DNA of 63,984 nt, the filler included, from a bacterium (GTDB taxonomy: Bacteria > JBBIVP01): the NCBI GenBank assembly GCA_037439705.1. It is 11 parts of 11 records of this genome, joined end to end, with 100 filler letters (N's around TTAATTAATTAA, not from the genome) between each part and the next. Parts side by side here need not be neighbours in the genome. Positions count along the whole stretch, not along the records: positions 37,412 to 43,299 come from JBBIVP010000133.1; positions 43,400 to 49,260 come from JBBIVP010000134.1; positions 49,361 to 55,204 come from JBBIVP010000135.1; 8 more parts are not named here. One strand, 5' to 3'. Positions 42,133 to 52,660 of the stretch are shown here, one piece after another. The notes under the pieces are model-generated. The model was given only the letters and a program-made list of their open reading frames with translations, had not been told where the DNA came from and searched no databases. The stretch's first letter is position 1. Each line of letters opens with the position of its first letter. The position numbers and the translations under genes are program-made.

Positions 42133-43299
42133 ATGAGAGAATTTCTTTCTTCATTATCAACTGACCTTTATGAATTGACAATGGCACAAGTATATGTAAG
42201 GGAAGGATTGCTTCAAAAAGCGGTTTTTGAGGTTTATCTCAGAGAACTTCCGAAAAACAGAGGATATGTAGTTTATGCAGGACTCGGTCCGGTGATTGAA
42301 TTCATAGAAAATTTTGGTTTCAGTGAGGAAGAAATCTCATATCTTGAATCTCTTAAAATTTTTAAGCCTTCATTTCTTGATTATCTTTTGAAAATTAAAT
42401 TTGAAGGAAAAATTTATTCTTTAAAAGAAGGCACAATTGCAACTCACACAATCCCGCTTTTTGCAGTTGAAGCTCCTCTTCCTGTTGCCCAGATACTGGA
42501 AAGTTCTCTTCTCAACATTCTCACTTTTGAAACCCTTATAGCCACAAAGGCTTCAAGGATAAGAAGTGTCGCTCCTTCAAAACTTCTTGTAGATTTCGGA
42601 TTGAGAAGGGTTCATGGACTTGAAGCAGGCTGGCATGTGGCAAGGGCTTCTTTTATAGGTGGATTTGACGGAACATCCAACCTTTTCGCTGGAAAGGAAC
42701 TGTCAATTCCTGTGTATGGAACTATGGCTCATTCTTACATACTTGCATTTGGAGATGAAAAAGAGGCTTTTAAAAAGTATGCAGAAGAATACGAAAACAT
42801 TGTGTTTCTTGTGGATACATTTGATGTGAAAAAAGGAATTGAAAACGCAATTGATGTCGCTCGGGAGATTAAGAAATATGGAAAATCCCTCAAAGGAATA
42901 AGGATTGACAGCGGTGAACTCCTCAGTGAAACGAAACTGGCAAGGAGAATTCTTGACAGAAGTGGATTTAAAGATGTAAAAATAATGGTTTCAGGGAGCC
43001 TGGATGAATAAAGCATTCATAATCTTCTGAAAAGAGGAGCGCCTGTTGACGCTTTTGGGATTGGAACAATACTTGGAAAATCGGCAGACATCCCTTATCT
43101 TGATACAGCTTATAAACTCGTAGAATTTATGGGAAAGGGTGTTCTGAAAACAAGCAAAAAGAAGGAGACCCTACCCTATCTGAAAACCCTGAGAAGATTT
43201 AGAGATAAAGGATAAGTTGATTATCTAATTGGAAAAAGGGGGGAAACACTTTCAGGAGAGGAAATGTTAAAAGAAGTTTATAATTCCGAAAGGGGCAAA
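42133..43299 (+). pseudogene. pncB: Nicotinate phosphoribosyltransferase with an in-frame TAA at 43009-43011 (error or pseudogene); 3' truncated
   Basis: TDLYELTM, DFGLRR, GTMAHS, LVDTFD, IRIDSG; homology continues after the stop as SIHNLLKRGAPVDAFGIGT...AYKLVE. Confidence 0.85.
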
Positions 43300-43399
43300 N
43301 NNNNNNNNNNNNNNNNNNNNNNNNNNNNNNNNNNNNNNNNNNNTTAATTAATTAANNNNNNNNNNNNNNNNNNNNNNNNNNNNNNNNNNNNNNNNNNNN

Positions 43400-45177
43400 A
43401 AACCTAGGCTTGTTGAGGCAAATAGTTCTTTTCCCCTTATAAAAATTTTTCCGATAGGTGCTTCTGTTGCCGAAGCATTATAAGTTGCGAGAACCGAAGG
43501 TGATGATGTGTCCTGAATGCTTACCATAATAATCTGGGCATTGGTGGATACGAATGCTATGTTTCCGTAAAGTTCAATGTCGTTTATTCCACCTGAAAGG
43601 GTAATTCTTCCTTCCTCTTCAGGGCTTCCCCTTGGAAGGTGGAGTGCACCTTTTACCTCTCCTGAGTTCGGGTCCCTCCATGTTGTATCCCATTCTGCAT
43701 CTGTATTTGCTGGATCCATATATTGGGTATCAAGAAATTCTTCAACAAATGAGCCATATATCTGAAATGTCACGGACTTTGTTAGTTCTTTGTTATACGC
43801 CCTGTCAACGGAATAAAACTTTACAGTTGTATCCTTGTTTATTGAGATTCCGGTTACAGGAGAGGGTGCTGATACGGTTGAAGGGTTTGATGGAGATGGG
43901 TCTGAGTCATCAAGCCTATAGAAAACAGTGCATCCATCCTCATTTGCAGTTAAAGTAAGAGAGACAGGTTTATCAAAAACTCCACCAGCAGGGTCTGCTT
44001 CAGTTGAAGGTGGTATGGAATCAACTTCATACCTGTAGCTTCTGACCTTATCGTTGTTGGTTCCGTCAGAAGCCATTACCTTTAGAATCGTTATTCCCTC
44101 ACTGGTAATTGGAACTGTGCATGGTGTTGCACAGGATGGTGGATTCGGGAACTGTGGCTCTGTTCCATCTGTTGTGTAAGAAATGTAAGAGGTTGCCGGC
44201 TCAGTTGATACCTGAATGATTAGCGGATTGGTATTGTAAATTCCGGGAAGCGGTGAAACGAATACCATTGGTGCGGGTCCTATTCTGTAATTTTCCTGAT
44301 AAAATGGAGAATAGTTCCCTGCGGTATCCTTTGCAAATGCCTTGAGAACGGTATGGTCTTCAATCAAAACCGTTGTGGATGTATCTGCTCTATTTGTGTG
44401 CCCGCCTGCCGTCACATCATCTGAAGGGTCTTCTGAGGGGTCAAATCCATCTATGGTATAATAGATGGTTCCTGATTCGGAGGCGCTTATTGAAACAGAT
44501 ACCTTTGTGCTGAACCATCCTCCTTTAGGATTTATTGAAAGTGTTGGAGATATCTGATCAATGAAATACTCCTCCGTAAAGACCTCTGTTCTGTTTGGAA
44601 GTGGAATTTCTGCTCCTTCCATGGGAAGGACTGCAAAATCCTTTGCAAAAAATTTTAAAACAAGGTCAGATGAAACATCAATGCTCGTGCTATCTTTTCC
44701 CATTCCGTCATAATCTTCTTCCGTTGGAGTCCTTCCATCAAGTGTATAGTAGATTTCACAGGGTTCATTGCACGAGATAACGACCATCTGTGGAGATTTG
44801 TATATTCCTCCGGGAGGTTCCGCCTCCAAAATTGGTGGAAGGTCAATTATATAATTCTCAGACTTCACCTTTTCAACATTTCCGTTATTATCTACTGCAA
44901 AAAATTTTAGAACTGTATCCTCTGTTATTCTTATTCCCTTAACAGGGCTTTTCCCCTTTAATGTGTTTCCCCTTCCCATCTCAGGGGTTGAGCCATCAAG
45001 GGTGTAATAAATAACCGCTGGTCTATCCGTTATAAGATCAACGGTCAAAGTATAACTTTGAGGATAAATTCCTCCTTTTGGATTAGCGGTGGTTACTGGA
45101 TATGGTGGAAGTTCTTTTTCTTCTTCACCGCATCCATAAAGGAGAAGAATTGTTAAAAGAACTATTATCCTTTTCAT
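43400..45177 (-). CDS. Surface lipoprotein with tandem chitobiase C-terminal/Fn3-associated Ig-like repeats (3' truncated)
   Basis: Lipobox LYGC; five P.GG.Y...YYT.DG..P...LKF.A.D-type units, then a propeller-like start. Confidence 0.75.
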
Positions 45178-47618
45178 TGCGCCATTCCGATCACGCTCGG
45201 TGCAAGCATATTCATCATCTCAATGGTTTTGAAGATAAACCGGAAAAGAACTGCATTTTTGTTGAGGGTTTCACCCTCTGTATTTTTTACAGGGTCTGGA
45301 AATGTTATAACGCCGCTGAATGTAGGGTCTGGGAAGAAGGCATAATAGAGGTCTATGAGCATTCCATTTTTGTCCTGAGAGGTTCCATTCTTGGGGTCAA
45401 CCTCAATTCCTGGATGATTTCCCCCTACATCTTGACCTGTGGGCCAGTAATGAGGGATGTCTTTTCTATCAAATTTATTATTACCAGCCCCTCCAAAATC
45501 TTTTCCTCCAGAGGTTATTCCTACATCTTCAAATGGCTCTGATGGCTCTCCAGGGTCATGTTCGCCATTTTTGTTTAAATCTATAAAATTGAATCCAAAA
45601 TCTCCCTCAACGCCCACATCCGCGTTGTAAGAGATGGTTCCATATTGCGTTACATCATCACAGGTAACCTTTCCTGCACTGCTTTCAATAGCACAAGGAG
45701 AGTTTGGAACCTTGCAATCGTCAGGAGAGCATTTTCCATCACCATCATTGTCATATCCATCGTTTGAGTTGCAGAGGGGGTCGCAGTCTAAATCAAGGTT
45801 ATCGTGACAGGTGTCAAAAGGATTTTTGTCATCGCATAAAGAAGCAGGGCTTCCCCACGACTGTCCTGGCTTTTCCTCCGAATTTTTCTTTCTGTCAATA
45901 CCTACATCTTCAAATGGTTCTGTTTCTATTTCAATTATTATTGTCTGGGTTGATTTTCTGTATAAAGGAAAGAGGCTCCTTATTGAGGTCGGATTGTCAA
46001 AGAACTCATAGAGCCTTATTTCGGGATATGGAATGCCGAGGGATGTTAAAAGTGTTTTTATTGTTCCCTTACCCACCCCGAGAACCGCATCGTAGTCAAA
46101 TGGGTCAGGACCGATGAGATTTCTTGCAACCTCGTTTAGTCCCCTCAATACTGTATCGTTTAGAGGAAATGTATATCTTCTCTTCTGGTCTGTATGAAAA
46201 TAAACCATCTCTGTTCCAACGGGCTCCTGATAATCAAAAGCCCCATTCCCTTCGCCAGAATCCTTTTGCTCGCAGTCATCCGGATTTGCTCCTATTGTTT
46301 CACAGTGTGCCCTGTTGCATTCTCCGTTCAGGTTGTAGTCAATGTATGAGGTTTCATCGCAGGACTTTGTTTTATCAAGCCTCTCATCAACATCCCCAGG
46401 ACATACCCCATCAGGACCACAGTCCCAGTACCTTATTACATCATCTGACTGGTCATCCTTCTCATTCATAAGGAGTTCAATTGCTTTTAAGACATCCCTT
46501 ATTCCTTTTAGAAAATAATCCCTTGCTGTCTGAAGATATGCCTTTCCCTCTTCACCACCCGCTCCCACAAGGGTCAAAGACGATGGGTCCTCTTCCATCT
46601 TCTTTATGATTTCCTTCTCAACGATGAATTGAGATTGAGGTGAAGCAAAGAGGCTGAAAACCTCAAATTCATCAGGGACTTTTAATCCAAAATCAAATAT
46701 ACCATTAAAAGCCCTTCCCATATTGAAATAACCGAGACCCATCTCAAAACCTACTGTTGCAAAATGGACATCCGTCAAATCGTATTCACCAGAGAAATTA
46801 ATTTTTATTGATTCGTTGTTAGAGGTTTCAGGGTTATCGTGGAAAATCACAACCCACAAATCCTTAACCCTGAACGAAAAATTTTCATCCGCTTCCTGCT
46901 TTACGAGGAGAAGATGATTCAGGATGGGCAAAGCCTCCTCATCCACAATTTTTATAATGTCTTCAGCAGATAAAGAACTCCTATTTTTGAATCTGTCCTC
47001 AACCGTTGTAAGAAGTAAAACCCCCTTTGCGATCACATTTGCATAATGAGCATTAAAGTCGCAGTAGTTCTGGGAGAGGTAATTGTCAAAGGTCTTTACA
47101 GCGTCCTCAAATGCTTTTTTCTTCCTCGGGGTTGTTGAATTTTCTGGATAATAAAATGTTTTTTTCTCGGAATCATAAAGGGCATCAAATCCAAAGTGAT
47201 TAGTTTCTGTTTGATTAAATCCCTTTATCAGATTTATCGCATCCTTTACCTCCTGCGGTTGTGTTACAGGTGGAAGGTCATTTATTTTGAGGTTCCATGT
47301 GTGGGAAAATTCATAACCACTTATAATTTCTTTTGCAGTGACCTTTACTTCAACCGGTCTATCCGATATGAGGCTCTGACAGGCAAAAATTTTCATTGAC
47401 GAGCCACTCTCCTTCTCTTCACCGTTCAGCGTCCATGTAAGAATGAATTTCTCGTTTCCAACACATCCTGTAACAGAAACTGAAAAATCAAGAGGCTTAC
47501 CTTCATCAATTGTTAGATTGCTTTCTTCAGGATATAATGAGGTAAAATGAGGTTTACATTTTTCTTCCGTGCAGGATGAAAGAATTATAACTCCCATTAT
47601 TATAACCCACTTTTTCAT
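45174..47618 (-). CDS. Large lipoprotein with acidic, Cys-rich, probably Ca-binding repeats
   Basis: Lipobox LSSC; EPFEDVGI twice, DYNLNG, DLNKNGEHDPGEP, DNDGDG. Confidence 0.65.
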   Translation of the reverse strand: MKKWVIIMGVIILSSCTEEKCKPHFTSLYPEESNLTIDEGKPLDFSVSVTGCVGNEKFILTWTLNGEEKESGSSMKIFACQSLISDRPVEVKVTAKEIISGYEFSHTWNLKINDLPPVTQPQEVKDAINLIKGFNQTETNHFGFDALYDSEKKTFYYPENSTTPRKKKAFEDAVKTFDNYLSQNYCDFNAHYANVIAKGVLLLTTVEDRFKNRSSLSAEDIIKIVDEEALPILNHLLLVKQEADENFSFRVKDLWVVIFHDNPETSNNESIKINFSGEYDLTDVHFATVGFEMGLGYFNMGRAFNGIFDFGLKVPDEFEVFSLFASPQSQFIVEKEIIKKMEEDPSSLTLVGAGGEEGKAYLQTARDYFLKGIRDVLKAIELLMNEKDDQSDDVIRYWDCGPDGVCPGDVDERLDKTKSCDETSYIDYNLNGECNRAHCETIGANPDDCEQKDSGEGNGAFDYQEPVGTEMVYFHTDQKRRYTFPLNDTVLRGLNEVARNLIGPDPFDYDAVLGVGKGTIKTLLTSLGIPYPEIRLYEFFDNPTSIRSLFPLYRKSTQTIIIEIETEPFEDVGIDRKKNSEEKPGQSWGSPASLCDDKNPFDTCHDNLDLDCDPLCNSNDGYDNDGDGKCSPDDCKVPNSPCAIESSAGKVTCDDVTQYGTISYNADVGVEGDFGFNFIDLNKNGEHDPGEPSEPFEDVGITSGGKDFGGAGNNKFDRKDIPHYWPTGQDVGGNHPGIEVDPKNGTSQDKNGMLIDLYYAFFPDPTFSGVITFPDPVKNTEGETLNKNAVLFRFIFKTIEMMNMLAPSVIGMAQ

Positions 47619-47712
47619 AATAACCTCCTTTTTTAAATTTTAACATTCTTTGAGGTTCTTTTCAAACAAAATTCCAATTGAGTTTAATCAGTCGTCTGAT
47701 AAAATCATAAAA

Positions 47713-49260
47713 ATGGAAAAAATTCTGCATTTTTATAGAAGGACTGAGCCAGATAGACTAAAAGAATTCGTTCTGGATTTTGAGTACTGTTTCAACATAG
47801 AGATTTCTGATGAACTGAACGAAGAAGAGATGAAAATTTTGAAATGGCTTCTTTCTGAAACCTTTGAGCCTCATAATTTTTCGGATATCCCTTTTCTTAA
47901 AGGAAAAGTGATTGAAGTTGGACCCAGGATGAATTTTGAAACTCCATATTCTACAAATGCGATAAGCATATTTCATGCCTGTGGACTTAAAAAAGTCAGG
48001 AGGGTTGAGAGGTCAAGGAGGTATATTCTTAAAAATGATAGCCCTGAGATAATTAATCTTTTATATGACAGGATGACCGAATGTATATACCCTGAACCGA
48101 TTAAGAGATTTAAAATTGACTTTGAGCCCAAGGAGGTAAGAATAATTCCGCTCATAGAAAAGGGCAAAACTGCTCTTAAAGAGCTTAACAGGGAAATGGG
48201 TCTTGGAATGGACAGCTGGGATATAGATTATTACTATGACATTTTTGTAAATCTTTTCAAAAGGAATCCGACGGATGTGGAGTGTTTTCAACTTGCACAG
48301 GCGAACAGCGAACATTCAAGGCACTGGTTTTTCAAGGGAAGACTTATGATTGATGGAAAGGAGATTCCATCATCCCTTCTTGATATCATTAAAAAACCCT
48401 TATTTTCAAAAACTTCAAACAGTTTGATTGCATTCAGAGACAATTCAAGCGCCATAAGGGGAGGACCTGTAAAAACTATAATTCCAGAATCTCCAGGAAA
48501 ACCATCTCCTTTCAAAGACGTGGAGAAAACCTTACACCCTGTTTTTACAGCAGAAACCCATAATTTTCCAACAGGAGTGGCGCCATTTCCTGGAGCAGAA
48601 ACAGGAACAGGAGGAAGAATAAGGGATGTGCAGGCGGTTGGAAGGGGTGGGATTGTTATTGCAGGAACCACCGGTTATTGTGTTGGCAACCTTTTCATTT
48701 CGGGTTACAGGCTTCCCTGGGAGGATAGAAGGTTTAAATACCCTAAAAACCTTGCTTCACCACTTGAGATTGAAATTCAGGCAAGCAACGGTGCCTCGGA
48801 CTACGGAAATAAATTTGGAGAGCCAGTAATTCAGGGATTTACAAGGTCCTTTGGCTTGAAGCTTCCGAATGGAGAAAGAAGGGAATGGATAAAGCCAATA
48901 ATGTTTACAGGAGGGGTTGGAGAAATAGACGAGGCTCACATTAAAAAGTTCGAGCCACAAAAAGGAATGCTCATAGTTATGATAGGAGGACCCGCCTACA
49001 GGATAGGTATTGGAGGTGGTTCTGCATCAAGTATGATTTCAGGTGCACAATCTGAGGAACTTGATTTTAACGCAGTTCAGAGGGGAGATGCGGAGATGGA
49101 ACAGAAGGTTCAGAGGGTTATAAAAGCCTGTATTGAAATGGGAGAAAAAAATCCAATTTTGAGCATCCACGATCAGGGTGCAGGGGGTCCGTGTAATGTC
49201 CTTACAGAACTCGTCCATCCAGCAGGCGGAAAAATAAATTTGAAAAAAATTCGTCTTTGA
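47713..49260 (+). CDS. purL: Phosphoribosylformylglycinamidine synthase, large single-chain type (3' truncated)
   Basis: AQANSEHSRHWFF, ETHNFPT, GAETGTGGRIRD, KPIMFTGG, SIHDQGAGG. Confidence 0.95.
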   Translation: MEKILHFYRRTEPDRLKEFVLDFEYCFNIEISDELNEEEMKILKWLLSETFEPHNFSDIPFLKGKVIEVGPRMNFETPYSTNAISIFHACGLKKVRRVERSRRYILKNDSPEIINLLYDRMTECIYPEPIKRFKIDFEPKEVRIIPLIEKGKTALKELNREMGLGMDSWDIDYYYDIFVNLFKRNPTDVECFQLAQANSEHSRHWFFKGRLMIDGKEIPSSLLDIIKKPLFSKTSNSLIAFRDNSSAIRGGPVKTIIPESPGKPSPFKDVEKTLHPVFTAETHNFPTGVAPFPGAETGTGGRIRDVQAVGRGGIVIAGTTGYCVGNLFISGYRLPWEDRRFKYPKNLASPLEIEIQASNGASDYGNKFGEPVIQGFTRSFGLKLPNGERREWIKPIMFTGGVGEIDEAHIKKFEPQKGMLIVMIGGPAYRIGIGGGSASSMISGAQSEELDFNAVQRGDAEMEQKVQRVIKACIEMGEKNPILSIHDQGAGGPCNVLTELVHPAGGKINLKKIRL

Positions 49261-49360
49261 NNNNNNNNNNNNNNNNNNNNNNNNNNNNNNNNNNNNNNNN
49301 NNNNTTAATTAATTAANNNNNNNNNNNNNNNNNNNNNNNNNNNNNNNNNNNNNNNNNNNN

Positions 49361-49402
49361 CATCTCTCATTCCTTAATGCCGCTCATATCTTAAGTTTTC
49401 CA
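49361..49402. repeat. 42-bp dispersed repeat, copy 2 (begins exactly at the contig edge)
   Basis: 37/42 identical to 25283-25324. Confidence 0.8.
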
Positions 49403-49485
49403 AAAAAATAAAAAACGAGTTTGTTTCCAGAAAATTATCCCGACGAATTATGGAAAATTGATTGATAAGAAGATATAATATAATT

Positions 49486-49827
49486 GTGTCCGGAATAAAA
49501 AACAAATCTCCGAAGCGTATCCGTCTTCCAAAATGGCTCAATAAACTTTTCTGGGATTACGATTTTGACTCATTATCCTGGGAAAATGACAGAGACTTAA
49601 TTATCAGAAGAATTCTTGAATCCGGCAACTGGAAAAGCATTCAATGGTTAAGAAAAACAGCGGGTGATTCAGCAATTCTCTCATGGATAGAATCTCATAA
49701 AGGCAGGGGATTGGATGCAAGAAAACTCAGATACTGGGGGGTTATACTCAACATTAACAAAAGAAAACTTAATGCCTGGATAAATTTTTGTAAGTCCTCA
49801 CCCTGGGAAAACAGAACAAAAAGATGA
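49486..49827 (+). CDS. DUF6922-like putative antitoxin
   Basis: LFWDYDF..L.......IIRRILE.G motif; ATGA overlap with the AbiEii gene; start uncertain (GTG 49486). Confidence 0.7.
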   Translation: MSGIKNKSPKRIRLPKWLNKLFWDYDFDSLSWENDRDLIIRRILESGNWKSIQWLRKTAGDSAILSWIESHKGRGLDARKLRYWGVILNINKRKLNAWINFCKSSPWENRTKR

Positions 49828-50453
49828 ATTATTTTCTGGAAGTCCTTACCCCCAGGCAAAAAAAAGTTATTCAACAACTTGGTAATCTGATGCAGGAAAT
49901 GAATTTTTATCTTGCTGGAGGAACTGCTGTTGCATTGCATCTTGGACATCGTAAATCAATTGACCTTGATTGGTTTACAGAAGAAACCATCGCTGACCCG
50001 ATGATACTTGCTAAGGAATTGCGGAAGCATAATATCAACTTCGAAACCGAACAAATTGCTCGCGGTACACTTCACGGAACAATCAACAATGTGAAGGTAA
50101 GCTTTATTGAATTCAGGTATCCGTTATTAAGGAAATTGTTTTTTTTAAATACATTTAAGTGCCCACTTGCCTCGCTGGAAGACCTCGCAACTATGAAGAT
50201 TTCCGTTGTGGCACAACGGGGCTCAAAAAAGGACTTTGTGGATATATACGCCATAGGAACAAAAGGTTTACCATTAGACAAAATGTTGTCCTATTATCAA
50301 AAGAAATTTCATGTCAAAGATATTGCACATGTGCTTTATGGTCTGGTTTACTTTGATGATGCTGAAAAAGAAAAAATGCCCAAAATGCTCTGGAGAATTG
50401 ACTGGAACACGGTTAAGAGGACAATTACAGAATGGGTTAAAAAAATCAAATAA
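49824..50453 (+). CDS. AbiEii/AbiGii-family nucleotidyltransferase (type IV TA-like toxin)
   Basis: FYLAGGTAVALHLGHRKSIDLDWF; MK...QRGSKKDFVDIY; YFDDAE. Confidence 0.88.
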   Translation: MNYFLEVLTPRQKKVIQQLGNLMQEMNFYLAGGTAVALHLGHRKSIDLDWFTEETIADPMILAKELRKHNINFETEQIARGTLHGTINNVKVSFIEFRYPLLRKLFFLNTFKCPLASLEDLATMKISVVAQRGSKKDFVDIYAIGTKGLPLDKMLSYYQKKFHVKDIAHVLYGLVYFDDAEKEKMPKMLWRIDWNTVKRTITEWVKKIK

Positions 50454-50566
50454 CTGAAATAGAATGTGAGAATGTAGAAATCTATAAATAACCTCTCTTC
50501 CGATATCACATTTCAAATTCTTTCAATGTGCTTTTTGTAGAACAACACAGACATAGATACCATTAT

Positions 50567-50803
50567 TTATGTTTCCTCAATCATCACCATCTTATTCCTT
50601 GACCTTTCGCCCTTTATTATTCTTATTGCGCTCTTTTTCACATTAAAATGCTCTGCAAGAACCTCAATCAAAATCTCATTCGCCTTTCCTTCAACAGGTG
50701 GTGCTGTCACTTTAATTTTCAAGCAATCAGCCTGTTGTATAATCTCATTCTTCTTTGCATTAGGTACCACTCTTACATTGATTATCCTCTTCTTCATTTC
50801 CAC
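50567..50803 (-). CDS. DUF167/YggU family protein
   Basis: VRVVPNAK, APPVEGKAN, GERSRNK. Confidence 0.92.
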   Translation of the reverse strand: MEMKKRIINVRVVPNAKKNEIIQQADCLKIKVTAPPVEGKANEILIEVLAEHFNVKKSAIRIIKGERSRNKMVMIEET

Positions 50804-50845
50804 AACTTCTCTTTTAAATTTGAGAGTTTAAAAACAGCTTCTTGT

Positions 50846-52660
50846 TTATTCATACCACATAACCACAACCCTGTATATTTCAAATTCAGGAACCGTAAAA
50901 GAAAAGCAATCGCCTTCTAATTTTATATCAATCTCTTTCCATTCTTCCTGAGGAGTCTTTGTTTTTCCCTTGTTTTTGAGCCTTTCTTTCAGGCATATCT
51001 TCAGGAAAAATGGCTCTGGTTTCTTAAAACCGTGCTCAAAGGAATAATTATAGTTCAGTGAATGAGTGAATAGACCTTTATCAGACCTTCTAAGGAGTAT
51101 ACCGATATTTTCGTCTGCATCCGTGAAAAGGATTTCAGATTTTAAAAACTTAAAATCAGGTCTTTCACCATTCCATATTCTGTACGCTTCAGGAACAAAA
51201 TACACAGGAATCCCCTTTTCCTCTGCGGTTTTCAAAAGATTGAACTTGTCAAATTTTTCGCATGGAGGATATGGAACGAGGACTGATTTTAATCCTCTTA
51301 TATCCCCGGGCTCTTTCTTCACAAACTCTCCATCCCCTTCGTAAATGAACCTGAATGGGATATGTTTTTCCTGTAAATAAATAGCCATTCCGAGAGAACC
51401 TGTGTGAACCTTTCCTGATGGAATGTAAGGGTAGGCAAATCCACCTTCAGTATATTCTTCAAGGGCACAGGAGAAATCGTAAAGGATTCCAGTTTCTCCT
51501 ATTATTTCTCCGCTGAAAATATCCGGATTGTGAACGAGCATTCCCGTATAATTTTTTATTTTTTCAGGTGGAGCGGTTGCCCTTCCCTTTACCGTGCTTA
51601 TTCCACCTCCAAAAACATATGCTTTATACGGAATCAAAAATCCTTCTCCAGCGGAACCAGCTCCCATAATTCTGAGAGGAAGGGAATCCCAGTTGTTCAG
51701 GAGGCTCATAAATTTCAGGTCAATTATGTTTGGAAAAAACACAAATGGTTTTTCTTCTGATATGGCTCGTGCAAGGAGATAAGTGCCGAGATATTTACCG
51801 TATGGAGGCTGTTCCACAAAATTTTCAGAAACCGAAAAATCAAGGTCATCAATGAATATCTGTTTGTTTGGAGTCAAGAAAAAAAGATTTCCTCCAAAAG
51901 CGAGATCCCTTCCAGCATAATCCCTGGCATATCTTATCAGTTCTTCAATTTGCTCCTTTCTTGATTTCAGCTGAAAGAGAACAAATTCCTTCATGAGTTT
52001 TTTGTTCGGGTCATCCCATATTCCCCTTGCACCTTTTGAAATCAGATATTCCCTGTAATCAAAGTCCTCAATTTTTTCTATTCCAAAAAGGGATTTGAGT
52101 TCAGAGGGAGTGTATTTTTGAGAAAGAAAATTTCTGAATCCGCGCATGCAGTATTCACAGAATCCAGCAATGTACAGGTGTCCGCCAATTCCCTCAATCT
52201 CATCAAAATGAATTGCATCAACCCCTCCGTCTATGTGCTCCCTTATCCTTTTTTTCAAAAACTCCTGCCAAAAAGGATTGTTATGGCATGGAAGGTATGG
52301 AGAATTGGGCTGTATCCAGAGTGCCTTTACCGGATCCCCTTTTATGTCCCTGCAGGCATACTTCTCAAGGTCACCGCTCCCTGCAACAGATGGACTTGCC
52401 TGCATTGTTGGAAAGTTTGAGGCAACCTTAACTCCTTCTGAATGAAGTTTTCTAACATAATCAAGTTCTTCATCGTTTAAACCTCCGTGATAAACAGACC
52501 ATGCTATCACAGACCCATTTATTTCTTTAAGGTAATCAAGAGGAGGAGTTCCATAAACATAGATTCTCTTCTCCTTCAGCCATTCGTTTGAAAACCTGTA
52601 TTCCTCTTTCTCGCACAGAACCAGAAAAAAGAGAAACAGGAAACAGAAAACCCGCCTCAT
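50846..52660 (-). CDS. Secreted glycoside-hydrolase-like TIM-barrel protein
   Basis: Hydrophobic leader with Cys; PCHNNP.W, GVDAIHFDE, GFCEYC..GF; later GH42 trimerisation-like segment. Confidence 0.55.
   Translation of the reverse strand: MRRVFCFLFLFFLVLCEKEEYRFSNEWLKEKRIYVYGTPPLDYLKEINGSVIAWSVYHGGLNDEELDYVRKLHSEGVKVASNFPTMQASPSVAGSGDLEKYACRDIKGDPVKALWIQPNSPYLPCHNNPFWQEFLKKRIREHIDGGVDAIHFDEIEGIGGHLYIAGFCEYCMRGFRNFLSQKYTPSELKSLFGIEKIEDFDYREYLISKGARGIWDDPNKKLMKEFVLFQLKSRKEQIEELIRYARDYAGRDLAFGGNLFFLTPNKQIFIDDLDFSVSENFVEQPPYGKYLGTYLLARAISEEKPFVFFPNIIDLKFMSLLNNWDSLPLRIMGAGSAGEGFLIPYKAYVFGGGISTVKGRATAPPEKIKNYTGMLVHNPDIFSGEIIGETGILYDFSCALEEYTEGGFAYPYIPSGKVHTGSLGMAIYLQEKHIPFRFIYEGDGEFVKKEPGDIRGLKSVLVPYPPCEKFDKFNLLKTAEEKGIPVYFVPEAYRIWNGERPDFKFLKSEILFTDADENIGILLRRSDKGLFTHSLNYNYSFEHGFKKPEPFFLKICLKERLKNKGKTKTPQEEWKEIDIKLEGDCFSFTVPEFEIYRVVVMWYE

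Noticed and set aside
49250-49260. TGA ending purL after about 516 codons
   Set aside because: It falls in the last bases of the contig; more likely an end-of-contig error than a real split purL
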